From: an uncultured Bacteroidota bacterium
GTDB taxonomy: Bacteria; Bacteroidota; Bacteroidia; Chitinophagales; Chitinophagaceae
Direction: 5' to 3'
Length of the DNA: 64,000 nucleotides
NCBI GenBank assembly: GCA_963731245.1
Contig: CAVSVA010000019.1
Location: forward strand, 165,404 to 229,403
How positions within the stretch are numbered: position 1 is the stretch's first letter; each line of letters opens with the position of its first letter. The notes below the pieces were generated by a model that saw only the letters and a program-made list of their open reading frames with translations, did not search any database and was not told where the DNA came from. This document shows positions 21,350 to 34,734 of the stretch, in pieces. The translations under genes and the position numbers were made by a program.

Positions 21350-21841
21350 TTATAAACTTTTAATTTTTTCAATAATGCCTGTTGTTGAAATATTTTTTAT
21401 TAAAGGATTTATTACAACACGGCCGCCATTTGCAATAACTTCTTTGGCGCCTACAACAGTATCAACTGTGTAATCGCCGCCTTTAATTAATACATCGGGC
21501 ATAATTTTTTTTATGAGTTCTAACGGCGTATCTTCTTCAAAAATCACAACAGCATCTACCAGCAAAAGCGAAGCAAGAATAAGCGAACGCACCTGTTGAT
21601 TGTTAATGGGGCGATGTTCGCCTTTTAATTTTTTTACGCTGTTATCTGCATTTACGCCAACAATTAAATAGTCGGCTTCTTTTGCGGCCTGCGATAAAGA
21701 ATAAATATGCCCTTCATGCAAAATATCAAAACAGCCATTGGTAAAGGCAATGGTTTTTGTAATTAGCCTGGCTGCATTTGCCCAATTTTGAATTTTATTA
21801 AATGGAATTATTTTCTCTTCTATTATTTTAATATTCTTCAT
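21350..21841 (-). CDS. rfaE2: D-glycero-beta-D-manno-heptose 1-phosphate adenylyltransferase (RfaE domain II)
   Basis: FTNGCFDILHEGH, KLKGEHRP, PDVLIKGGDY and STTGII motifs. Confidence 0.9.
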   Translation of the reverse strand: MKNIKIIEEKIIPFNKIQNWANAARLITKTIAFTNGCFDILHEGHIYSLSQAAKEADYLIVGVNADNSVKKLKGEHRPINNQQVRSLILASLLLVDAVVIFEEDTPLELIKKIMPDVLIKGGDYTVDTVVGAKEVIANGGRVVINPLIKNISTTGIIEKIKSL

Positions 21842-21857
21842 ATAGTTTGGTTGCAAA

Positions 21858-22685
21858 TTAAACAGCAACAGCTTGCTTTGGCATATAATAAGCTGTATTA
21901 AGGTTGCTGTTTGCCTGCTCTGCTTTTTCAATTATTGAATAATCAGAAAGTATTAAAGCTTTATTTTTTTTAACGCAAACATCGTGTTCAAAATGTGCAG
22001 ATGGTTTGCCATCGCGGGTGCGAACCGTCCATCCATCCTCATCAGTATACACATCTTTGGTGCCCATATTTATCATGGGTTCTATTGCGAGAACAGCATT
22101 TTCTTTTAAAACTTTTCCTATGCCGCGTTTGCCATAATTGGGCACCTGCGGGTCTTCATGCAAATTTCTTCCCAAACCATGGCCTACCAATTCTCTTACT
22201 ACGCCATAACCGTGTTTGCGTTCAGTATATTCCTGGATGGCATTTGAAATATCGCCCACACGGTTACCGGAAACAGCTTTTTCAATGCCTTTATATAAAG
22301 ATTCTTTGGTTACCCGCAACAATTGCAATACATCATCGCTTGCATCGCCCAATAAAAAAGTGTAGGCATGATCGCCATGCCAGCCGTTTAATATCACCCC
22401 AAAATCTATTGAAATAACATCGCCTTCTTTTAATGCATGATTATTTGGAAAACCATGCACCACCACATCGTTTACCGAGGCGCAAATAGTAAACGGATAG
22501 CCGTGATAATTTAAAAACGAAGGAATGGCTTTATGATCGCGTATAAATTCTGCACACAACCTGTCGATCTGAAAAGTGGTTATTCCTGGTTTTAGCATTT
22601 TGGCCACTTCGGTAAGTGTTTCGCTCACAAGCCTGGCGCTTTTCTTCATTAATTCTATTTCTGCATCTGTTTTGTATAGTATCAT
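21858..22685 (-). CDS. map: Methionine aminopeptidase type I
   Basis: CASVNDVVVHG, GHGLG..LHEDP, AIEPM and SAHFEH motifs. Confidence 0.96.
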   Translation of the reverse strand: MILYKTDAEIELMKKSARLVSETLTEVAKMLKPGITTFQIDRLCAEFIRDHKAIPSFLNYHGYPFTICASVNDVVVHGFPNNHALKEGDVISIDFGVILNGWHGDHAYTFLLGDASDDVLQLLRVTKESLYKGIEKAVSGNRVGDISNAIQEYTERKHGYGVVRELVGHGLGRNLHEDPQVPNYGKRGIGKVLKENAVLAIEPMINMGTKDVYTDEDGWTVRTRDGKPSAHFEHDVCVKKNKALILSDYSIIEKAEQANSNLNTAYYMPKQAVAV

Positions 22686-22783
22686 ATTAAATCTTCTGCT
22701 CAATGTGCAAATTTCACGAAAAAATATTAACCGTACACCATTAACTATTTATGCATGTAACTTACTGCATGTTATTTTGCGCC

Positions 22784-23164
22784 ATGAAATTTTTAGAAAA
22801 GATAGCAAAGTTTGGCGTAGTTGGCTTTATAGGCATGTGCCTCGATTTTTTTGTTACCTGGTTATTAAAAGAAAAGTTTCGTGTAAACAAATATATTTCC
22901 AACAGCATTGGTTTTACATGCGCCGTTATAAATAATTTTTATTTGAATTTAAGATGGACGTTTCAAACAAACGGCTCAAACACCAATATTTATTTTATAA
23001 AATTTATACTTATTTCAATAGTTGGTTTGGGGCTTAATAATATGTTCGTGTATTTGTTTAATGAAAAATTATCTGTAAATTTTTATGCTTCAAAAGCGCT
23101 TGCTGTGCTTTGTGTTTTTGTGTGGAATTTCTCCGCAAACAATTATTTTAATTTTCATGGATAG
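22784..23164 (+). CDS. GtrA family membrane protein
   Basis: KFGVVG N-terminus, NF.LN.RWTF and WNF motifs, four TM segments. Confidence 0.88.
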   Translation: MKFLEKIAKFGVVGFIGMCLDFFVTWLLKEKFRVNKYISNSIGFTCAVINNFYLNLRWTFQTNGSNTNIYFIKFILISIVGLGLNNMFVYLFNEKLSVNFYASKALAVLCVFVWNFSANNYFNFHG

Positions 23165-23258
23165 ATAATATTTGATGCACATTTTTTTCATAAACAAAAA
23201 CAATTCACAAAAGCATGTTTAAACCCGGTTTTTACGCTTAAAAACGCTTTATTTTTTG

Positions 23259-23266
23259 TAAGTTTG
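23259..23266 (+). promoter_or_regulatory. Bacteroidota primary-sigma -7 box for gyrB
   Basis: TAAGTTTG matches TAnnTTTG, 48 nt before the ATG. Confidence 0.55.
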
Positions 23267-23314
23267 CACACTCATATATTTTTTATCTGAAATATAATTT
23301 TCTCCTCTTTTTTT

Positions 23315-25301
<1,987 letters not shown>

Positions 25302-25324
25302 AGATCTTCATTTTTAAATGTAAA

Positions 25325-25406
25325 TAATTTGGTTGCCGGCAGCCGTGCAAATGGCATCACGGTTGTGTCACTCCCTTGTACTGCATATTTTCATGGCAAC
25401 AAATTA
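25325..25406. repeat. Structured intergenic element, copy 1 (REP/MITE-like)
   Basis: Outer stem TAATTTG(G)TTGCC / GGCAACAAATTA, inner stem GCAGCCGTG / CACGGTTGT, core GTTGTGTCACTCCCTTGTAC shared with 34661-34734. Confidence 0.6.
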
Positions 25407-25408
25407 CT

Positions 25409-26508
25409 TTAACTCCAGGCATTTCTTAAAAATCTTAACCAGTTGCCGTGCATAATATTTTCTATATCATTTTCTAAATAACCACGCTTGCTTAATAACA
25501 GTGGAATTTTATTCAGGTCTTCAATTGTTTCCACATCATACGGGCATTGTTCTTTACCAAAAGCGCCATCTAAATCAGAGCCAATGCCAACATGTAAAGT
25601 ATTGCCGGCAAGCTGGCAAATATGATCAATATTATCAATCACTTTTTCTAAATTACAATGCATATTTTCAGGCGTTGAAATTCCGCGTTTCCAGTTGGGC
25701 ACAAGCATCCATGCATCAAATGCGCAACCAATTACTGCATCACGCTCAATTAAAACTTTTATTTGTTCATCACTAAATTGCCGGTTATGATGTACAAATT
25801 TTCTGCAGTTATTATGGCTTGCCCAAACATGCCCGTTGAATAAATTCATTGCATCCCAAAAAGCATCATCGCACAAATGCGTTGCATCAAGAATTATGTT
25901 TAAACGCTCCATTTCTTTCAGCAATGCTTTTCCATCAGCATTTAATTTTCCGGTTGCATTGTTCCGTTTGCATAACGGCCCGGCCCATAATGCGCAAGGC
26001 CAATTGCTCGTAAACCATAATTATAAGCACGCTCTGCATAATCAATCGTAACAATTGAATCAGCACCTTCCAAACTTAAAATGTAACCAATTGGCTTCAT
26101 TTTGTTCTCATCATATTCCTCATTTTTATGTTTATCATTATTATTTTCCATCCAAACATTAATATGCGCATCAAGTTCATTAATATTTGTAATCATCTTC
26201 ATTTCGCCACAAGCTTCCATGGTTTTATACCATGCAAGCTGGGCCTGTGTTTGCGCCCATGCCTGTTCGGGCGAATGCCAGCCCGGTAAAGAATTTCCGG
26301 GTGCAACATATCTTGCAATTTGTGTTGCTACCACCAGCCCAATATTACCTTTTCTTAATTCAGGGAAAGCCACTGTGCCTTTTGCCCGGTCAGGTTTATC
26401 AGTTAATCCATTTTCAGTTTCTCTTATTTCAAAAACAGGTTTTCGCAAATCACGGTTCCATTCCATTGCGTTCATACTTAAATCTAAATGCGCATCTATA
26501 GTAAACAT
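25409..26508 (-). CDS. Membrane dipeptidase (peptidase M19), one frameshift near 25960
   Basis: DAHLD, LSLEGAD, LDATH, ASHNNCR, GIGSDLDG and GNWLRFL motifs. Confidence 0.9.
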
Positions 26509-26526
26509 TATTTTTAAGTTGATTTA

Positions 26527-27465
26527 TCAAACTTTATCTGCCAGTAACGATAGAAAAACAATAGGTAAATAAATATAACTGCTGAACATAACACGGCGCG
26601 CAGCTTTTGCATTTAACTCCAAATCAACAATCTGATACATTGAACAACCAAAAAAAGATTTGCTGCAAGAACAACCCATAAACTAATAAAACCGGTTATA
26701 TCAAAATAATATGGAAACATGCCAACAGGTATTATATAACACTGAATAAAACACTTGTAATGCTGTAAATTTTGTAGGGCCTTTTTTGGATGGCAACAAT
26801 TTAAAACCGGCCCTGCCATAATCGCCATGCGCTAACCAGGCTATGGCCCAAAAATGCGGGAACTGCCATAAAAATTGTATGGCGAATAAGACCCAGCCTG
26901 CGCCATGTGAAAAACTTGGTTTGGTGTATTGATCCAGTGCAAAAGGGTTGATAACACCTGTTGCGCAACCCAACCAATAAAGCAAGGTAATGCGCCGGGA
27001 AATGCGCCAACCAATACAGCAATGGAATTTACTTTCTTTAATGGCGTATAAATAAAAGCATATAAAAAAATACTGAATGCGGATACAATGCAGATGTAGA
27101 ATTGAAAAAAGAATACATCAAAATAATGCCGCAACTACCCGTAACAAAAGCAAAAGCGTATGCCTCGTTTACGCTCATTCTTCCGCTGGCAACAGGCCTT
27201 TTTGCCGTACGTTTCATTATGGCATCGGTATCTTTTTCAACGGCCTGGTTGATAGCGTTGGCGCTGCCTGCAATCATTAAACCGGCAATAAAGAAAAGAA
27301 TAATATAAATCCAGTCGTATTCAACAATATTGGGCGAAAGCAAATAGCATAAAACACAGGAAAAAACAACTGTAAAGCTTAAAGTAAATTTCATCAGTTG
27401 CAGATAATCTTTAACTTTTAAGGCGAAACTGTAAGATGTTTCTGTCTGTTTAATTCGCCTACCAA
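26527..27465 (-). CDS. cyoE: Heme o synthase (protoheme IX farnesyltransferase), frameshifted; start approximate
   Basis: NQAVEKDTDAIMKRTAKRP, YTPLK, GAFPGALP and WQFPHFWAIAW motifs. Confidence 0.9.
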
Positions 27466-27481
27466 AAGAGTTTTTGTAATT

Positions 27482-27510
27482 AAAAAAATGTCCCGAAAAA
27501 TTCAGGGCAT
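27482..27510 (-). terminator. Terminator after oxidase subunit I
   Basis: Minus strand ATGCCCTGAA-ttt-TTCGGGACAT followed by TTTTTT. Confidence 0.6.
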
Positions 27511-27528
27511 CATAATTTTAAAACAATC

Positions 27529-29356
27529 TTAATGGCTGAGTTCATTTTCATCAACCGGTAGTTCTGCGGAATAAAATCTCTTCCGTCTTTACCATAATCA
27601 TAAGCCCAGCGATGCACTTCCGGAATTTCACCCGGCCAGTTTCCATGTCCTGGTATTAATAGGCGTAGTCCATTCCAAAGTGTTGGATCCCCATGGATTT
27701 GGTGTTCTTACTTTTCTTCCTTTAAAAATTGAATAAAAGAAGTTGAAAATAAATAACAACTGTGCTGAAAAAACAACAATTGCCACTGTGCTTATAAAGC
27801 GGTTAAGATCTCCAAACTGGTTAAAGCTAATCCCAGGTTGAATAATCGTAATAACGGCGTGGCATACCGGCAAGACCTTCATAATGCATAGGCCAGAAAA
27901 TAAAATAAGCGCCGGCTATGGTTACCCAAAAATGAATATAGCCAAGTGTATTATTCAAATATCGTCCGAACATTTTAGGATACCAGTGATACACACCTGC
28001 AAACATGCCAAACATAGCAGCAACGCCCATCACCAGATGGAAGTGGGCAATGACAAAATAAGTATCATGCAAATGAATATCTAATGCTGAATTACCCAGC
28101 CAGATGCCGGTTAAACCACCTGAAATAAACAGTGCTTACAAAGCCAATAGCAAACAGCATGGCAGGAGTAAAACGGATGTTTCCCCGCCATAAAGTAGTG
28201 ATCCAGTTAAATACTTTAATGGCCGATGGAACTGCAATAAACAAAGTAAGTAAAACAAATATGGAACCCAGGAATGGATTTAAGCCGGTTACAAACATGT
28301 GATGTGCCCAAACCAAAAAAGAAAGCACGGCAATTGCAAATAAAGAGCCTACCATTGCCATATAACCGAAGATAGGTTTGCGTGCATTGGTTGACATAAC
28401 TTCGGAAACAATACCCATTGCCGGCAAGATAATAATATATACTTCAGGATGCCCAAGAAACCAAAACAAGTGCTGATACAAAATTGCACTTCCACCTTCA
28501 TTTGGCAATGCCCTACTCCGTTTCAATAAAAATATCAGAAAGATAAAAACTTGTGCCAAAATTTCGATCAAATATTAATAATATAAACCCTGATAAAAAA
28601 CAGGGAAAGAAAGTACGCCTAATATCGCCGTAAAAAACAATGCCCAAATGGTAAGTGGCAAGCGCGTCATGCTCATGCCTTTTGTACGCATATTTAAAAT
28701 GGTTGAAATATAATTAAGCCCGCCAACAAATGATGAAACCACAAATAAAGCCATTGCTATCAATCCAAAGATCCATACCATGCTTTAGAACCTGGAGAAG
28801 CATCATGCAATGCACTTAATGGCGGGTAAGCTGTCCATCCACCGCTAAAAGGGCCTGTAGAAACAAATATAGATGAAATCATTACAATACTGGCAAAAAA
28901 GAAAAACCAATAGCTAAGCATATTTAGAAACGGTGATGCCATATCTCTTGCGCCCACCTGCAGAGGAATAAGTAAGTTGGCAAATGTTCCGCTCAGGCCT
29001 GCTGTTAATACAAAAAAAATCAACACAGTGCCATGTGTTGTTACCAATGCATAATAAGCCTCAGCTGAGTAATATGACCACTTTTCCCCCATTTTCCAAA
29101 AATGTTTTGAAGAAGGGAAAATTATAATCAGGATAGCCGAGTTGCAAACGGAACAAAACAGACATAAAGCCACCTACAATTGCCCAAACCATTCCTGTTA
29201 TCAGAAATTGCTTCGAGATCATTTTATGATCCTGGCTAAATACATATTTAGTAATAAATGTTTGGTGATGATGATGATGAACATGTTCTTCATGAGGATG
29301 CGCTTCTACCGGAACACTTCGCTCGTATCTGTGTGCATAAATGCTTCGTTACTCAT
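27529..29356 (-). CDS. ctaD: Cytochrome c oxidase subunit I (A-type), frameshifted
   Basis: [36 protein letters not shown] and [11 protein letters not shown] motifs; His-rich N-terminus. Confidence 0.95.
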
Positions 29357-29400
29357 AAATAATATTGAAAATTTATAAATAAACACCTTAAAGTTCAAAA

Positions 29401-30471
29401 TTACATTTTTGTTTTTACAGAATCGCTTTTGCAGAGGCTGTGCTTTTTTGCTATCTGCCAGTTGCGGCTTTTTGCCTGATGGGTCTTTATCAGGAAAAGC
29501 CGTATAATAATTAGGCTTTTGCTGGGCCATCCAGACATCAAACTCATCCTGGGTAACCACTTCAATAATACCTTTCATGGAAAAATGCCCATTTCCGCAC
29601 ATTTGGTCGCAGCTTAATTCATATTCAAAATCAGGATTGTTGATCTTTTCCTTCATTTCTTTTGTGGTAAACATAGGTGTAAACCAAATGATAGTTGGTG
29701 TTCCAGGAACGGCATCCATTTTCATACGAAACTGGGTTAATCCAACATCATGTATTACATCCCTTGAACCGATAATAAAATTTACCGGTCTATCTTTTAC
29801 CACATAAACAGTTTGAGTTGTTACATGTCATCAAAATTTTTAGTGTCAGTCCAATCCTGGCCTAAAGAATTGCTGTTTGCATCATCTATCAATTTATAAT
29901 ATCGTTTACCAAATGTTTGATCCTGGCCCGGATACCGGAAAATCCAGCCAAATTGTTTTCCTGTAATTTCTATCTGCATCGCATTTTTTGGTGCAGGGCC
30001 TGTAAAAGAAAACCAGTGTTTCAATCCAAATACAACAAGGGCCGTCATGGCAATTGCAGGAACTGCCGTCCAAATTACTTCAAGACGATTGTTGTGCGGA
30101 TAATAATATGCTTTCCGTTTATCGCTTTCCTGATATTTGTAGCTGAACCAGAAAAGAAGAATTTGTGTGATGAAAAAAACAACACCGGTAATTACGATGG
30201 TTATCCAAAGCATTGAATCAAACTTATCACCCTGCACACTTGCAGCTTCATGCGCCAGTAAAGTTTTTGGGTAAAGTGCCTTATTGCACTAATATACTCC
30301 AATTAATCCGGCAATTAAAAAAGCAACCATAAAAAAACCATTCACTTTATTCTGTTGTTTTCTGCTTTTTTCTTCGCCTTTAATAACCGAAACATATTCA
30401 CTTGCCTTGGCAATCTGAAATATTATTAAAAACACTAAAACTATAACTGCTATGGTAAAAAACAATGACAT
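29401..30471 (-). CDS. ctaC: Cytochrome c oxidase subunit II, frameshifted
   Basis: HNNRLEVIWT, GKQFGWIFRYPG, SRDVIH and the CuA motif CDQMCGNGHFSM. Confidence 0.93.
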
Positions 30472-30504
30472 GATGGTGTTTCTGTTTTCAGTTTAAAACA
30501 ATTT

Positions 30505-31738
30505 TTATATATGATGAGCGATACTTTCTTTTAAGAAAGGATGATACTCTGAAACAAGCGGCTTTTTGGCTAACGCTCTTCCAACAAAATGTATCATTAA
30601 CCCGATAAATAAAGATGCTATTCCAAAGTCTAACCAGCTTAATGCGGCATCGTTTTTACGAAGGCTGCCCATTACCATCTGGTAAAAATCTATCCAGTGC
30701 CCAAAGATAATCAACACTGCCATAAAGGTCATTAACGTATAATTTCTTTTAACGGAGCGTTTCATTAAGATTAATATGGGGCAAACGAAATTTATAATCA
30801 TATTTAAAAAGAAAATTCCTTTCCATACACCCTGCACACGATGTTTAAAATAAATGGTTTCTTCGGGAATATTGCCATACCATATCAGCATGTATTGCGC
30901 AAACCACAGGTACGTCCAAAAAATAGAAAATGCAAACATAAATATACCGATGTTTTGCAAATGATTCTGATTGGCATATTCGAAGATATCCTTTGTTTTT
31001 AAGATAAATAAGCCATATTCCAATTAAAGCCATGCCGGTTACAAAAGAGCTTGCAAAAGTGTACCAGCTATACATGGTGCTGTACCAGCGTGCATCAATG
31101 CTCATTAACCAAAACCAGGGAACGGTTGAGCCAATGGTTAATGCAAACCATACTATAAATAAGCCTGCTGTAACCGTGTTTCGCCAGATATAACCTTTAC
31201 CGGTTTCACTATCCATTGGTTTGTCGTCAGTTTCGCTGCTAAGCTTTCGCATTCTGTAACCCAATATACTCCAAATGCCAATGGCAAGTATGCTCCAAAT
31301 CATAAAAAAAGTTGGGTTTAAAAAACCGCTTTTACCGCTTAACAGCGGGTCTTTCGCCACAATATCTTTATTAACCCATGGATAAACGCTACCGGTATGA
31401 TCTATCAAAACTAAATATATAAAAAGTACAAGCGTAATGCCTCCAAAAATGGGAACCATGGTTGAAATGGCTTCAGGAACCCTACTTATAACCACATGCC
31501 AGCCGCCCATGGCAAGTGTGGTGGCGCAAATAAAAAACATACTTGCGTTGCAAATAAGCATCCAGAAAATGCTGTTGTATAAAAGTGTTCCTAAAAATAT
31601 AGCCCGCTCTTCAGGGTTTTTGCTCACACCTTTTGTTATTAATCCCAATATGAAAGCTATTACACCAATGGCTATTAAAACCATTGACCATGTTTTCATT
31701 TTGGAAGGAATTTCAAACTGTTCTTTAACTGGTGCCAT
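30505..31738 (-). CDS. actF: Alternative complex III subunit ActF (one frameshift near 30980)
   Basis: Polytopic membrane protein with MSIDARWYST, FWTYLWFAQYMLIWYGNIPEE and HWIDFY motifs; position in the act operon. Confidence 0.87.
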
Positions 31739-31751
31739 TGTATTTATTTTA

Positions 31752-32450
31752 TCAATCTTTTTTTGATTTTGATGCTGCTTCAGACATTGTGCTGGTATGT
31801 GTGCTGTCTGATGCTGAACCAGATGCAGCACCAGAAGTTATATCAATTCCCTGCTTTGATTTGATATAAGCTATAACCATCCAGCGTTGTTGTCTTGTAA
31901 GCTGTGATGCATAAGAACCCATAAAATTTTTACCGTAAGTTACGGAATAAAACATCTGCCCTTCGGGCATTGCCTGATATTTTGGATCTCCAACCAGTGT
32001 TGCAGGTTTTGCAGGAAATGGCCCGTTGCCGCCATTGTAAAGTGGCCCGTTACCATCTAATTTTGGGCCGTGGCAAATACCGCAATAAATAAGATACAAA
32101 CGTTCTGCTTCTTTCATTTGAACATCATCCAATTTACCTATCGGGCTCTTAAATGCTTTTGATGCCACATAATTTGCAGTATCGCCAACTGCATCTTTTG
32201 CATAAGGAAAAGGCATTTCTTCGCCTCTGGCAATAGTGCCTGCAACCGGCAAATGATTATAAAATATTTTACGGCCCTGTTCTTTTACATCCGCGGTAAA
32301 TTTATCAGAATCAAGCGCAGCATAAGTTTCATAGGCCCTGCTGTAAGCCATATCAGGCACATAAACCCGGCCGGGATTACGCTGAATATCGCTGCAACCT
32401 GCAATTATTAAACCTGCGGTAAGGCATAGTATAATCAATCTCATTTTCAT
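31752..32450 (-). CDS. actE: Alternative complex III monoheme cytochrome c lipoprotein ActE
   Basis: Lipobox IAGC, PDMAYSRAYE, CGICH, axial Met in MGSYASQL. Confidence 0.88.
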   Translation of the reverse strand: MKMRLIILCLTAGLIIAGCSDIQRNPGRVYVPDMAYSRAYETYAALDSDKFTADVKEQGRKIFYNHLPVAGTIARGEEMPFPYAKDAVGDTANYVASKAFKSPIGKLDDVQMKEAERLYLIYCGICHGPKLDGNGPLYNGGNGPFPAKPATLVGDPKYQAMPEGQMFYSVTYGKNFMGSYASQLTRQQRWMVIAYIKSKQGIDITSGAASGSASDSTHTSTMSEAASKSKKD

Positions 32451-32460
32451 TCTTAAAAAT

Positions 32461-33049
32461 TTAAACTACAGCTTGTTCTTCTTTTATTAAGGTTTGTTCC
32501 TGGTCATACCTTCCCAGCCACCAGCTTGGTTCTGCCATCTGCACATTTACTTCAACAGCGCCGGCATTAGAAAGAAAACTTTGCAGGTCGTCTGCATTTG
32601 TTTTTGCTGTGCATTCAATCGCCATTACAAACATATCATCGGTAGCTCGTGGGTGAAAATGGTGTTTTTTTACAAACGGGCCTAACTGGCATAAATAGCA
32701 AAAAGTAAGCACCATTCCAACGGCTGAAAATAATACCGTTAGTTTCAAAGGTGATAGGTATAAATGCGGGCAAAGCAAAATGTGGTTTGCCACCAACGTT
32801 CATCGGCCAATCGCTTGTAAATACCCAGCCCATACCACCCAATGCGGTGGTTGTTCCTGTAATGCCATAAATAAAACCGGCAGTGTGCAAACTTGTTTCA
32901 CGCAATCCCAAAGCGTGGTCTAAGCCCATGCACTGGCAAAGGTGTATAAACATCATGAATTTTATACCCTGCCGTCCGACTTTTTTTACTGCAGGAAACA
33001 AAACATTTTCATCATCAAAGCATGCAACTACAAATTTCTTTTTTGCCAT
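32461..33049 (-). CDS. actD: Alternative complex III subunit ActD (DUF3341), frameshifted
   Basis: GLDHALG, DWPMNVGGKP, PAFIPITFE and PRATDD motifs. Confidence 0.85.
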
Positions 33050-33124
33050 ACACTAAAATCAATTTCATAATGAAAAGTTAAATCAAGCACTTTTGAATTT
33101 TCTGTACTTCAATTGTTACTTTTG

Positions 33125-34570
33125 TTAATGCTGCATAATGATGCGCAAATTCTTCAGCCGATTCTTCTTCCATCTTTCCATTTTATCTTTATAGCTTTCT
33201 CCTGATAGTTTTAATATTTGTTTGATTTCAGCCACCGCAATAACAGGGAAGTATTTGGAGAAAAGAAGAAACAGGTAAAGAACAATCCAAACGTTCCCAG
33301 GTAAAACCCGATTTCCCAAATGGTAGGGCTGTAATAAGTATGGCCAGGAAGAAGGCAAATAATCGCGATACAATGAAGTAACAATAATTACAAAACGCTC
33401 AAACCACATACCTATATTTACAATGATGCTCATAAAGAAGGTTACCTATAAATTTCTTCTCAACTTTCTAAACCAGAAAATTTGCGGAGATAATACGTTA
33501 CAAAACATCATGCCATAATAGCTCCATCCATAAGGGCTGAATAAATTGGCCCTGACTGTAAAAGAATGCATAACCTTCATATTGATTCTGGCTGTAAAAT
33601 GCCATAAACAATTCGGTAAATAAGCGACAGCCTACAATTGAACCCGTAAGCACAATTACTTTATTCATTGCTTCAATATGTCCAATCGTAATATAATCCT
33701 GCAAGATTTAAAACTTTTCTTGTAATCAATCAACAAGGTTTGCACCATGGCAAAGCCTGAAAAGATGGCGCCGGCAACAAAGTAAGGCGGAAAGATAGTT
33801 GTATGCCAGCCCGGAATTACAGAAGTAGCAAAGTCGAACGATACGATTGTATGCACAGAAAGTACCAGCGGCGTTGCCAAACCGGCTAACACAATGATAA
33901 TGATTCATGACGTTGCCAGTGTTTGGTTGAACCAGTCCATCCAAAAGAGGCAACACCATAAAAGAACTTTCGCAATTTTGTTTTGGCACGGTCACGTACC
34001 GTAGCAAAATCGGGCAACAAGCCTGAATACCAGAATAAAAGTGATACGGTAAAATATGTTGAGATGGCAAATACGTCCCACATCAAGTGGCGAATTAAAA
34101 TTTGGCCAAACAGGCCCGCGGGTATTTGGGATAAGGCAATACAAAAAAGCGCATCCATACACGGCCCATGTGCCAGATAGGAAACTGGCCGGCACACATT
34201 ACCGCAAAAATGGTCATGGCTTCTGCAGCACGGTTTACACCCGTTCTCCACCCTTGGCGGAACAATAAAAGATCGCAGAAATAAGTGTTCCGGCATGACC
34301 AATACCTACCCACCAAACAAAGTTAGTAATATCCCAACCCCAGCCAACAGTTTGTATTACAGGTTCCACTGGCCAATGCCATACACCACCTCACGGTAAA
34401 CACTGTAAATACCAAACAACAGCAAAGCCACAGAAATAAAAAAACCAATGTACCAAAGCTTGCTGGGCTTAACTTCAATGGGCGGCAAATATCTTCTGTA
34501 ACCTGGTGATAATCTTTGTTGCCATCTACCAGGGTTCCCTTAGCTGCGATTCGTATTTTAATATTGACAT
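33125..34570 (-). CDS. actC: Alternative complex III subunit ActC (NrfD family), many frameshifts
   Basis: [71 protein letters not shown] and [11 protein letters not shown] motifs. Confidence 0.9.
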
Positions 34571-34660
34571 ACCTGTTCTTTTTTCAAATGTTTTTTAGCT
34601 GTCAGCATCAATAATATCGCTCAATATGTTTTTAACCCAAAATAAATACTGCAATTTTTT

Positions 34661-34734
34661 ATGTTACCAGCCGCAGTATTTCAATTTAACTTCGTTGCGT
34701 CGCAACACTTGTACAACAACAAGTATGGCGGCAT
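34661..34734. repeat. Structured intergenic element, copy 2 (REP/MITE-like)
   Basis: Outer stem ATGTTACCA / TGGCGGCAT, core GTTGCGTCGCAACACTTGTAC; same spacing as 25325-25406. Confidence 0.55.

Noticed and set aside
29264-29302. Poly-His / TGA-triplet microsatellite
   Set aside because: It encodes the His-rich N-terminus common in Bacteroidota oxidase subunit I and is not a contingency repeat.
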